A stretch of 64,000 nt of DNA from Eledone cirrhosa (taxonomy: Eukaryota), in contig OZ024742.1 in the NCBI GenBank assembly GCA_964016885.1, positions 75,516,001 to 75,580,000 of the forward strand, written 5' to 3'. Each line of letters begins with the position of its first letter. Within the stretch, counting starts at the first letter, position 1. The translations under genes and the position numbers were made by a program. Shown here piece by piece: positions 1-10,746 of this stretch. The notes under the pieces are model-generated. The model was not told the origin of the DNA. It searched no databases and saw nothing but the letters and a program-made list of their open reading frames with translations.

Positions 1-118
1 TTATTCCAATTTCTAATTTCTGCCGGACCGGCAACCGCTCTTTCAAACCAGTTCCTGTACACAGCTAAGTATTCTATAAGTCTCTAGCTGTGTCATTCTC
101 GATAAAAGCACTGGATAT

Positions 119-161
119 GTAGTCCTGAAGATTTCTAATAAGAATGAAACGCGTAGATTAC
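119..161 (+). ncRNA. Minimal type I hammerhead ribozyme
   Basis: gtagtc-CTGAAGA-t ttct aata agaa t-GAAA-cgcg-TA-gattac; stem I gtagtc/gattac pairs; palindromic stem III. Confidence 0.85.
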
Positions 162-428
162 TTCCCTTGCTTTTATCGAGAATCTAATCGTAATACGTGA
201 CGTATTCTATTCTATAGCGATTAGGTCTTCAAAATGTTTATTATAAACATACAGAATATTTTCGAATATTCTATGTCTATATTCACATATATATCGCTAT
301 TTCAGAGCATTTATTCCAATTTCTAATTTCTGCCGGACCGGCAACCGCTCTTTCAAACCAGTTCCTGTACACAGCTAAGTATTCTATAAGTCTCTAGCTG
401 TGTCATTCTCGATAAAAGCACTGGATAT

Positions 429-471
429 GTAGTCCTGAAGATTTCTAATAAGAATGAAACGCGTAGATTAC
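429..471 (+). ncRNA. Minimal type I hammerhead ribozyme (second tandem copy)
   Basis: Identical to 119-161, 310 nt downstream. Confidence 0.85.
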
Positions 472-626
472 TTCCCTTGCTTTTATCAAGAATCTAATTG
501 TAATACGTGACGTATTCTATTCTATAGCGATTAGGTCTTCAAAATGTTTATTATAAACATACAGAATATTTTCGAATATTCTATGTCTATATTCACATAT
601 ATATCGCTATTTCAGAGCATTTATTC

Positions 627-628
<2 letters not shown>

Positions 629-707
<79 letters not shown>
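629..707. repeat. (TA)n microsatellite, representative of dozens in the window (e.g. 1046-1154, 6062-6130, 13296-13396, 33240-33435, 37550-38120)
   Basis: Direct reading. Confidence 0.95.
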
Positions 708-709
<2 letters not shown>

Positions 710-1075
710 GTATATATGGTATCAAATGATGTTGGCTTGTTTTTCTTTTTGGTAAATATCATCTTCGTTAAGAGAGTGGGACTGGCTTTGTGCAGTGCCT
801 TTGTCACTATAAAAGCTTCACGGCACAGACATTGCTTTATATCTGGAGATCTCTCTGCACTTGTAGTCACATGGTACTATGGGTCCAGCACTATGTATCA
901 ATAACTGTCACAAGTGAAGATTTGTACCAGAGTTTTCAAGTCGCTGGTTGGACTAAAAAGTCTCACTAGTTCAGCGCATCGGTAGGAGTTCTCCTACATA
1001 GATATAAAGTAGTGGCCGTACTCGAAAACGAGTTGGCAGCACCACATATATATATATATATATATACACACACAT

Positions 1076-1159
<84 letters not shown>

Positions 1160-1469
1160 TTCAAGAGTAACCAATCTTAAAGAGAGAGATGGAGATAGTA
1201 GAGGTGATATGGGAGGATAGATTGGTGCGTTAGTTAGAAGCCAAAGCGTAAAGGCATGTGCTCAATGTGCAATATGCACTAGAAAGCAGCTAGGTGGCTG
1301 GGTTCATGCAGAAGTTAGGTGCGCAGAGCTGGAAATATTCATTAGTTAAGAAAAACAAGACCACAAACCTCACAAGGAAGACATTATTAAAAGATTGTCA
1401 ACATATTTTAGTTTGATGTAAGGAATGTAGAGAATAATCATAATAATAATATTAATAATAATAATGTCC

Positions 1470-1589
1470 GTTTACAATTGTTTCGCTACTCCATATGATA
1501 TTTCTGGATCAGATGACTATATATCATAATTGATCTGGTTCAGTTGAAAATAATTAACATATTTAAAAAACAGAGTGGCTCATCGGAAC
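1470..1589 (-). ncRNA. Hammerhead ribozyme in inverted pLTR copy
   Basis: Reverse complement of the 5808-5927 motif. Confidence 0.65.
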
Positions 1590-2460
1590 TTCAAAGGAAT
1601 ATAAATTAAAATAATGGGATAATGTTACATAATATAATGTTCCATATATTGGTTTTTACTATGGTGTCTTGGTTGCATCAGTTGTCAGCCATAATCAAGC
1701 AGTATTCATCTGTCAAGGCTGCATTGTGTGAGATCTGCCTATGGGTAACAAGATGGCTGCCAAAGGGCATATTTACCTTACTAATTAGAGCGTGGTTACA
1801 GGGGAAGTAACTTCTCGAGAGATTAGAGGTTGTGAGTGTTTATAGTTAAGTGCTAGTTTTTAATTTTTTTAATTGAGAGATAATGTAGGGGAGGTAACTT
1901 ATAATTACAGAGTTGTTCATAGCAATTTAACTTATTAGCTACAAGTAAAAATGGGGCTACATGACTAAGTTGGGTCAACGATTCTATTGGCGAAGGAGTT
2001 AGCCCTTCGATATTGACAGCTAATGCTTACCTACGTTCTATCGTTAATCAGTAGAGGTCGTGATAGAGTTTTGTAATATGCTTCCGTAACACAGAGATCA
2101 CAATATTTTCTTCGTCCATTGAGTGGTTGGGCCCTAGCCACAATATCCCATTTTAGTGAGTGTTGAACGTTGTTTAATTTAAGGTATTTAATGAGCCTAG
2201 CTAGCGATGTTGAACATCTGTTGCTAGGGTCTCGGAAGGAAAAAGAGTGCGCGTTATAGTGTACCTTAAAAGGGTTAGAGGTAGACCCGATATAAGAGCT
2301 GGTATTCGAAGCAGTCTCAACCGTGTACCTATAGACTATGTTGGGTGTCAGGCAGTGTCCATTTAATGGGCATGCATTAGGGTAACAACAGTAAAAACCA
2401 ATATATGGAACATTATATTATGTAATATTATCCCATTATTTTAATTTATATTCCATTGAA

Positions 2461-2580
2461 GTTCCGATGAGCCACTCTGTTTTTTAAATATGTTAATTAT
2501 TTTCAACTGAACCAGATCAATTTTGATATAGAATCATCTGATCCGGAAATATTATATGCAGTAGCGAAACAATTGTAAAC
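2461..2580 (+). ncRNA. Hammerhead ribozyme variant (CCGATGA core, long stem II insert) in 5' pLTR
   Basis: gtt-CCGATGA-gccact...agtagc-GAAA-caattg-TA-aac. Confidence 0.65.
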
Positions 2581-2941
2581 GGACATTATTATTCTTAATA
2601 TTATTATTATTATTATTGTCTACATTCCTTACATCAAACTAAAATATGTTTACAATCTTTTAATAATCTCTTCCTTGTGAAGTTTATGGTCTTGTTTTTC
2701 TTAACTAATCAATATTTCCAGCTCTGCGCACCTAACTTCTGCATGAACCCAGCGACCTAGCTGCTTTCTAGTGCATATTGCACATTGAGCACATGCCTTT
2801 ACGCTTTGGCTTCTAACTAACTCACCAATCTCTCCTCTCATATCTCCTCTACTATCTCCATCTCTCTCTTTAAGATTGGTTACTCTTGAACTGTGTATAC
2901 TTGAGCTCCCGGAGTCGAGCTATTTACTGTTAGAAGTCACC

Positions 2942-5432
2942 ATGTTGAGCAAACCGGAACTCAGAATCTCACTTAAGTCCATACCTATCCCGGACAGAAA
3001 GACATATCTCAACTCCTAATACAGTGTGTAAACTCCTTCATCCGAAGAATAAGAAGGAAAGCGTACCACTTTGACCGTGCGGTTGCTGCTGACGCCGGAA
3101 GTACAGCAAATAGATATGGATTTGCCACATGCAAGAACCTCCCACACAACATCCTGTTGGACCCTTTTGAGAAAGATCTATTCAACTTCGTCAGGAGCAT
3201 TAAGTTCAAAAAGCATTATAGACACAGGAATAACTTCCTCACTACATTATCAACAACTATAAAAACATTTTAAGATAGCAATCTCTTACATGTTATGTCT
3301 GACAAAACCAAAAATCTATACACAATGACTCCTGAAACTTACAACTCTTTCCTTCTTAAAGAACTCAATAAAAACTATAAAAAAACTACACCCTCCAGTG
3401 TAAACGTACTTAACCGAAAAGCCCAGGCTTTGGTTAAGGACTTGCATCTGGATAGATTTACCCACCCTTATGTACAACAACCCCAAGGTTCTCTCCCAAG
3501 GATCACAAGCCAAACTTTATAGAGAACCCATCCATTAGACTCATAAGCCCAACCACATCTGACCTGGGCCGCATCAGTAAGAACAACCTTGATAGGATAA
3601 TCCCTGGGCTACGGGATGATACCACCTACAAGTTGTGGTCCAACGCCGGCCAAGTCATCAGATGGATCTCCGATCTAGGGTCCAAGCAATCTATGAGGTT
3701 CTTCCAATTTGACATAGACAACTATTACGCGTCAATAACCCCCCGGAACTGCTCAACAAAGCACTAGCCCTAGCCACCACCAACTCGGACGTAACCAATA
3801 ATGAGATTAACATCATACTTATGGCTAGGCAGACTATCATTGAATTCAACGGAGCACTCTGGACTAGAAAAAGATAGAACAGACAACTTTGACATTACGA
3901 TGGGCTGAAGTGACTCCGCGCAAATCACCGATTTAGTTGGGATTTACCTATTACGTAACATCAGAGCCGAAATCCAACCCATGCAAGGCGGAATATACAG
4001 GGACGACGCCCTATTTGCGGTTCACAATTGCACTAATCGGGGAATCGATTTGCTAAAGAAACAATTACATAGATTCTTAAAAAATAACGGTCTCTCTATC
4101 ACCATCGAGCTGAACCATAAAGTAGTACACTTCCTAGACGTCACCTTTGATCTCAACAATAACCTTTATAACCCTTACCATAAACCAGGTGAAATACTCA
4201 CATATATTAGCCCACACTCTAACCAACCACCGGCAGTCATCAGGGCAGTAATCAAATCTATCTCCTATAGGATCTCATGCTATCAACAAATGAGGAGATA
4301 TTTATAAACCACGCACAATATTATAATAAGGCTCTCTCTGAATCTGGTTATAAACAATCAATTTATTACATACCTAAATGCCATAACACAGAAACTCACC
4401 ATAATAAACTTAACACTAGAACTAGAAATACCTTAGCATATAGCCAGATTCGCCGGAATTTTAGCAGTAACAGCACCTATACAGGGAACTTTAATGGTGG
4501 CAGCGGCCTGCTCCCCACTCCAAGTAGCAAACTAAACATCAACCCTAGAATAGGAATGAGAAATGGGATGACAAATAACAAATCCCCAGGTAATAATAAC
4601 CCTAGAAAGGCTCCTACCAACTCCTCTAGAACCCCTACAAGGAATAGACCTAGAAATATCACCTGGCTCAAGCCCCTATTCTCATCTAATCTACCCATTA
4701 ATATCCCCAAACGCTTCTTCTCTATCCTATCCAAACACTTCCCCCCAACCATAGATATTACAAACTCTTTAATAAAAATAACATTAAAATCTCATTCTCC
4801 ACGACACCTAACCTAGCTAGCCACATCGCGTTCAGTAACCATCATAAGCTAAGACAGTATAACTCCCACACCGCGGTACCACCACCCCTATCAAATACAC
4901 CAATAATTATTCTAGTAGCACACCTCCCCCATCTAATTCTTCTAGTACGGACCTACCGCTTAGGTTAAACAACCCTACTCTCACTAACCACAGAAGCAAC
5001 TGCAACTGCTGTTACCCCAATGCATGCCCATTAAATAGACACTGCCTGACACCCAACATAGTCTATAAATACACGGTTGAGACTGCTTCGAATACCAGCT
5101 CTTATATCGGGTCTACCTCTAACCCTTTTAAGGTACGCTATAACGCGGACTCTTTTTCCTTCCGAGACCCTAGCAACAGATGTTCGACATCGCTAGCTAG
5201 GCTCATTAAAAACCTTAAATTAAACAGCGTTCAACACTCAATAAAATGGGATATCGTGGCTAGGGCCCAACCGTTCAATGGACGAAGAAAATCTTGTGAT
5301 CTCTGTGTTACGGAAGCATATTACATAACTCGATCACGACTTCTACCGATTAACGATAGAACGGAGGTAACCGTTAGCTGTCAACATCGAAGGGCTAACA
5401 CCTTCGCCAACAGCATTTTTGACCCTACTTAG
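2942..5432 (+). pseudogene. Frameshifted PLE reverse transcriptase / GIY-YIG endonuclease ORF
   Basis: ISLKSIPIP N-terminus, FLQFDIDNYY, GIYRDDA, FLDVTFDL, NCNC..CPL..CL linker, VYKY..YIGST, CDLC, CQH motifs; several frameshifts and stops. Confidence 0.9.
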
Positions 5433-5807
5433 TCATGTAGCCCCATTTTTACTTGTAGCTAATAAGTTAAATTGCTATGAACAACTCGATAATTATAAGT
5501 TACCTCCCCTACATTGTCTCTCAATTAAAAAATTTAAAAACTAGCACTTAACTATAAACACTCACAATCTCTAATCTCTCGAGAAGTTACTTCCCCTGAA
5601 ACCACGCTCTAATTAGTAAGATAAATATGCCCTTTGGCAGCCAACTTGTTACCCATAGGCAAGTCTCACACAATGCAGCCTCAACAGATGAATACTGTTT
5701 GATTATGGCTGACAACTGATGCAACCAAGACACCATAGTAAAAACCAATATATGGAACATTATATTATGTAACATTATCCCATTATTTTAATTTATATTC
5801 CTTTGAA

Positions 5808-5927
5808 GTTCCGATGAGCCACTCTGTTTTTTAAATATGTCAATTATTTTCAACTGAACCAGATCAATTATGATATATAGTCATGTGATCCAGAAATATT
5901 ATATGGAGTAGCGAAACAATTGTAAAC
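5808..5927 (+). ncRNA. Hammerhead ribozyme variant in 3' pLTR
   Basis: gtt-CCGATGA-gccactc...gagtagc-GAAA-caattg-TA-aac. Confidence 0.7.
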
Positions 5928-6058
5928 GGACATTATTATTATTATTATTACTATTATCATTATTATTCTCTACATTCCTTACATCAAACTAAAATATGTT
6001 GACAATCTTTTAATAATGTCTTCCTTGTGAAGTTTGTGGTCTTGTTTTTCTTAACTAA

Positions 6059-6132
<74 letters not shown>

Positions 6133-6391
6133 GGAAAAAATGAAATTTCATTTCTCACTCTTAGTACGGCCGATACTTAAATATAAGTATGTATACGTAC
6201 ATATATATATGTATACAGACGTACAGTAGTATGTATATACATACATACATGTACACATATATATATGTACTTATTGGTTTACCGAACATTTATTATAATG
6301 CTCGGTCTGTTTGTAAACAAACAGCCCGAATTATTAGCCGTACAGTGTTCGGCAACCATCGTTACCATTTTGTTCAACACTGACAAAGGAA

Positions 6392-6432
6392 CGATGAACT
6401 AGTTTCTAGCTTATTAGCTGTCATCAGCACCG
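6392..6432 (-). ncRNA. Minimal type I hammerhead ribozyme
   Basis: Minus strand: cggtg-CTGATGA-cagct aata agcta-GAAA-ctag-TT-catcg. Confidence 0.85.
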
Positions 6433-6459
6433 TATACCTTCTTGTTAGTCGATTGAACG

Positions 6460-6517
6460 TTTGAAAATATATACTTTCCTCATGCATATTAACGGCTGAG
6501 CTGCCTAATTTGCATAT
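6460..6517 (-). promoter_or_regulatory. Putative octamer (ATGCAAAT) plus TATA promoter upstream of the HHR
   Basis: Minus strand: atatgcaaat-34 nt-tatatattttcaaa-32 nt-CTGATGA; the same layout occurs at 7975-8033. Confidence 0.45.
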
Positions 6518-7721
6518 CGAGTGAGTTATTCGCTCGGGCGTACCGAAAACGATAAATGGAAAAAATGAAATTTCATTTCTCACTCTTAGTACGGTAATTT
6601 CATTTCTCACTCTTAGTAGTGCAATACAAAAATAATGTTATTAGATTCACGTTTTGGATGATAGAGAGATAAAAAAAAGTTCAACATTTAGGAGTTTGCC
6701 CTTCGCCTGGCGAGTACAAGTAGAACAATTAAAAATATTTTTTAGAAGAAAAAAGAAGAGAAAAGGGGGAGGACAATTTGAGTGTGTATATTGCTTTTGA
6801 TGTTTTCAGTATATGACCATATATGTAGCTGTGTAGATCTATACATATTTCGTGAATGTATATTTGTGTGTCTGGCTGTATAAGCATTGTGTATGAGTGC
6901 GGTTTGTCAGTATATGTATTCAAATATAAAAGAAAATTGGCGACAAATAAGTATCGTTAAAACGAGATTCAACTTCAAGGTGGACAAGATAATTTTGATT
7001 TGAACAGAATAGAAGTTACAGTTGTGATGGCAACACAATAAACGTTCGGAGTGAAAAGCGTGTGTATATCTGCTGATGTGTGGCTGTATACGTGTTTGTT
7101 TAATAATAAGTGTTTATTATTAAGAGTTATTTTTATGTGTACGGTATCTAAGTGCCTGTATGTCAGTGTGGGCGCGTGGACGAAGGAGGGTACTTCATGG
7201 GATGTAGATGGCAGATCAGAGGAAGAAGGGTAGTGCAATAAGACCATAGATATGCGGTAGAGGTATTTAGAAAAAAATAAGCCTATGTTCACGCTGGCCG
7301 CGCGTGTCTGGGGATCCGGTGCAGGAAGCGAGTCCCACTACAGTGAGCAGACACGTGGATTGACTAGTCACTGAGGATGAGTTGCCGACTCAGATATTCC
7401 GTAGATGTTTATATACATATATAGGTTCGTCTTTACCCTGTCTGTATTTTTCGTTGTTGTAGTATTAATGTGACAATATGTCTCTGGTCGCATTATTTAT
7501 GGTGCCACTATTAAATAACTTCTTGTGTTCGCCCTGAGTAGAAACTTATTTGATTACTTTATCTTCGAGTGTTTTGTTAGAGTTATTGAAGAACGGGTGC
7601 TAATCTGCTACTTGCAGCGGCAACTTCGGTTGTATTCATTACTATTACACACACACATACACACACATACACATAAACACACACACACATACACACACAC
7701 ACACACACGCCACACACACAC

Positions 7722-7770
<49 letters not shown>

Positions 7771-7906
7771 TGTGTGTGTGTCTTTGAATTTTGCCTTTCT
7801 AAAGAAAGACAGTATGTTTATAAATAAACATTTAGAAAGTCATAGCTATGAATAACACTGACAGCCAACGCCACCAAGCGGTGCTCGGCAGAAGCAAAGG
7901 GGATAA

Positions 7907-7948
7907 TTGTCGATGCATTTCGAACTCAACTGGTTCTCGTCAGGACGA
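7907..7948 (-). ncRNA. Minimal type I hammerhead ribozyme
   Basis: Minus strand: tcgtc-CTGACGA-gaac cagttga gttc-GAAA-tgca-TC-gacaa. Confidence 0.85.
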
Positions 7949-7974
7949 TCCCTCCCCTCTTGCAACTGCGGGAC

Positions 7975-8033
7975 TTTGAAAATATATAGTATTTTCATCT
8001 GTGTAAATGAGGTGATTAATCTCATTTGCATAT
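7975..8033 (-). promoter_or_regulatory. Putative octamer plus TATA promoter upstream of the HHR
   Basis: Minus strand: atatgcaaat-35 nt-tatatattttcaaa-31 nt-CTGACGA. Confidence 0.45.
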
Positions 8034-8129
8034 GAAACTGTATAAGTTGGCTCAACTTAAAGTAGAATTAGAATTTAGCTCCAAACATAGCTGTATACAA
8101 AGATATGTATATATATTCGTATTATTTCT

Positions 8130-9040
8130 CAAATTAATTAAATAAAATAAAATTAAGGGAGTCATGTCCGAGACATGAGCCATATCCACCGTAGAATAAG
8201 TTCAAAGATTCCATTGAATAGATCCGAGCATTTTATATCAACTAGAAATTGATTGACATACATATATTTAAAATAAACACATGAAACAATCACAGGGGTA
8301 TAATTTGTAGTGTGTAATCACACATAGTTATGTAGGTAACTATTTAAAGTTTAACTAGAGCTTCAAATATTAGCTTTTTAAAAAATGATTAATCCTCCTT
8401 GTATATATTTCATTAAAGAAATATATTTCACCGTTCATCCGTAAAGTCACAGTAGTCAAATCTTGGATCTTCAGCAGGGGGGAAGATTTAACGATCTGTG
8501 CTTACACATCAAACCCAAATCTGCAAGTGAGCCATCGCACGTGTTGCATTTCTAAAACTACTAAAAACATGCTGGCGTCACCACATTGGCGTTGAATAGG
8601 GTGATCGACAGCTATAAACAGCATCCGGGTCCTTTCAACTTAATAAGCTCTACAATTAAGGAGCCGTTTAAATATCTAAAATTAATTAAATTAAATTAAA
8701 TTAAGGGAATCATGTCCGAGACATGCGCCATATCCACCTTAATTTAATTTAATTAAATTAATTTTAGATATATAAACGGCTCCTTAATTGTAGAGCTTAT
8801 TCAGTTGAAAGGACCCGGCTGCTATTTATAGCTGTCGATCACCCTATTCACGCCAATGTGGTGACGCTAGCATGTTGTTAGCAGTTTTAGAAATGCAACA
8901 CGTGCGATGGCTCACTCGCAGATTTCGATTTGATGTGTAAGCACAGATCGTTAAATCTTCCCCCTGCTGAACATCCAAGATTTGACTACTGTGACTTTAC
9001 GGATTAACGGTGAAATATATTTCTTTAATGAAATATATAT
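8130..9040. repeat. 548-bp unit with terminal direct repeat followed by an inverted partial copy (PLE pLTR-like architecture)
   Basis: aattaaggga.tcatgtccgagacatg.gccatatccacc at 8151 and 8699; 8739-9040 is the reverse complement of about 8402-8704. Confidence 0.8.
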
Positions 9041-9042
9041 TT

Positions 9043-9160
9043 CAGCTGAGTATACCGGAGCAACGTGAAATGAAGTGTATAGCTCAAGAACACAACACAC
9101 AACTCAGGAATCGAATCCACGACGTTATGATCTTAAGTGCAACACTCTTACCATTCCACG
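9043..9160 (-). mobile_element. tRNA-derived SINE fragment
   Basis: Reverse-complement similarity to the SINE at 16960-17080 (B-box-like gattcgattcc; ttgagc...cact...atttcacgttgctcc). Confidence 0.65.
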
Positions 9161-9187
9161 TATGTATATATATATGTATATATATAC

Positions 9188-9249
<62 letters not shown>

Positions 9250-9250
<1 letters not shown>

Positions 9251-10058
9251 AAAGGTAATGAGAAATAACAACACAAACAGTACAGTATATGGAAGCGATA
9301 TATTAGGTTGGTTAACGCTTGATATAGCAGGAAGAATGTCTTAACATATCGGACGCCAGTCCTTCATCAGAAGAAAGAATGAGAAATAAGATAGATTGAG
9401 GGGACGGGCGGGTTGGAATTGGAAAAAATGTCTTTAGATAAAAATAACTGGTTCATTCATGTTGACATCTCTTGCAAAACTGTTGGTGCTGGTGTTTTGT
9501 GTATGATTTATTGTTTAGGAAAGATGGAGCGCATCTACCTGAAATGAAAAAAAAAACTGTTTTGTAAAAAGAGCAATACTTGTGCACGTTCGCAAGCATG
9601 TGTGTGTGTGTGTGCTATTATACGTCCATACGAAGCTAAGAAGAAATGTGTGTGTATATGTGAGTAAAAGAGTGTGTGTGCATGTAAGTACGAAGCTATG
9701 AGCAAAAGTATGTTAATATAAGGGTGTGTATGTGTGTATACAGAGCAGTGAAGGGAAAAGTGGAGTGAGCATATATAGTCGGCCTGTATTAGTTGTAAGA
9801 GAAGATGTTAATGATCAAGAGAAAGCGATAGCAGTCTAGGGGTGTGATAATAGACGGGATATTAGAGAAATTGGGGAGGTGAGTTGAGTCCAAGAGGGGA
9901 ATAGGACCCAAGGTGGTGAATCAGACTTTGTTCAGTCCTGGTGTAAAAGGACACCAAGGACTGAAATATGTAGGGAAGAATGACCAGTAAAACAGAAATG
10001 ACGGGCGACAGGAGTATCTAAACGGAGTCGTATATCCCTCAAATGCTGCCTGACTGTC
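9250..10058 (-). mobile_element. 3' end of a Neptune-type Penelope-like element (GIY-YIG C-terminus plus pLTR with degenerate HHR at 9339-9374)
   Basis: Minus strand translates RQHLRDIRLRLDTPVARHFCFTGHS and EQSLIHHLGSYSPLGLN; tctt-CTGATGA-aggactggcgtcc-GATA-tgttaaga. Confidence 0.7.
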
Positions 10059-10269
10059 AATCTATGGTTATCTATTTATGTATATTTACCAATGTAACTA
10101 TTTTTGCACCAGAATAAAAATAAACCTCTACTAGCAATTTAAAGATTGATAGGTAGGAAGTTAGGTAGAAAAACATCGTATTTAAGTGGATATATGTTTG
10201 CTAATGACTAAAGAAAGTGTGGAAGAAATTATTGTCATTCATTTCCATGATCATACAATAGAAAACACG

Positions 10270-10471
10270 ATGGTATAAGTTACAAGGAAAATTGAGAATT
10301 CAAGCAGTTTTACAAAGAATTTTGTAAGCAATGAATTATTAAATAAAATAATTCTTACTATAAACACCACCACTCCTGACGCATACTATACTAGTATATA
10401 TATATATATATATATATATAAGGTGTTCCCCAAAAATGAATACACACTTTGATTAGCATGCTGTTGAAGTT

Positions 10472-10524
<53 letters not shown>

Positions 10525-10708
10525 TAGTATAGTATGCGTCAGGAGTGGTGGTGTTTATAGTAAGAATTATTTTATTTAATAATTCATTGCTTACAAAATT
10601 CTTTGTAAAACTGCTTGAATTCTCAATTTTCCTTGTAACTTATACCATATATATATAAGGTGTTCCCCAAAAATGAATACACACTTTGATTAGCATGCTG
10701 TTGAAGTT

Positions 10709-10715
<7 letters not shown>
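10270..10715. repeat. Local inverted repeat (10270-10397 / about 10519-10648) with a duplicated 59-bp mariner-TIR-like segment (10420, 10657)
   Basis: Direct comparison of arms; ggtgttccccaaaaatgaatacac resembles the MITE end at 30775. Confidence 0.75.

Positions 10716-10746
<31 letters not shown>

Larger units (their letters stand above)
1..630 (+). repeat. Tandem array of a 310-bp hammerhead-containing unit (retrozyme-like or PLE pseudo-LTR tandem); the window starts inside the array
   Basis: 1-310 and 311-620 are identical apart from two CpG-type transitions; the array ends at about 630 in (TA)n; one HHR per unit. Confidence 0.9.
1153..6064 (+). mobile_element. Penelope-like element, Naiad-type, with inverted 5' segment (1153-2391), 5' pseudo-LTR (about 2388-2898) and 3' pseudo-LTR (about 5736-6064), inserted in (TA)n
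   Basis: 1153-2391 is the reverse complement of about 5007-6064 plus 2720-2898; 2388-2715 is directly repeated at 5736-6064; RT and GIY-YIG coding remnants lie between. Confidence 0.9.
6131..6594 (-). mobile_element. Non-coding 425-bp HHR cassette with about 40-bp terminal direct repeat
   Basis: atggaaaaaatgaaatttcatttctcactcttagtacgg at 6131 and 6556; HHR inside; related copy at about 17208-17596. Confidence 0.75.
7790..8060 (-). mobile_element. Divergent non-coding HHR cassette related to 6131-6594 (boundaries approximate)
   Basis: Shares octamer/TATA spacing, HHR position and a covarying downstream hairpin. Confidence 0.6.

Noticed and set aside
8420-8482. Possible hammerhead (CTGAAGA on the minus strand) in the 548-bp unit
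   Set aside because: GAAA does not follow stem II, no stem I partner is present, and the inverted copy reads CTGAACA
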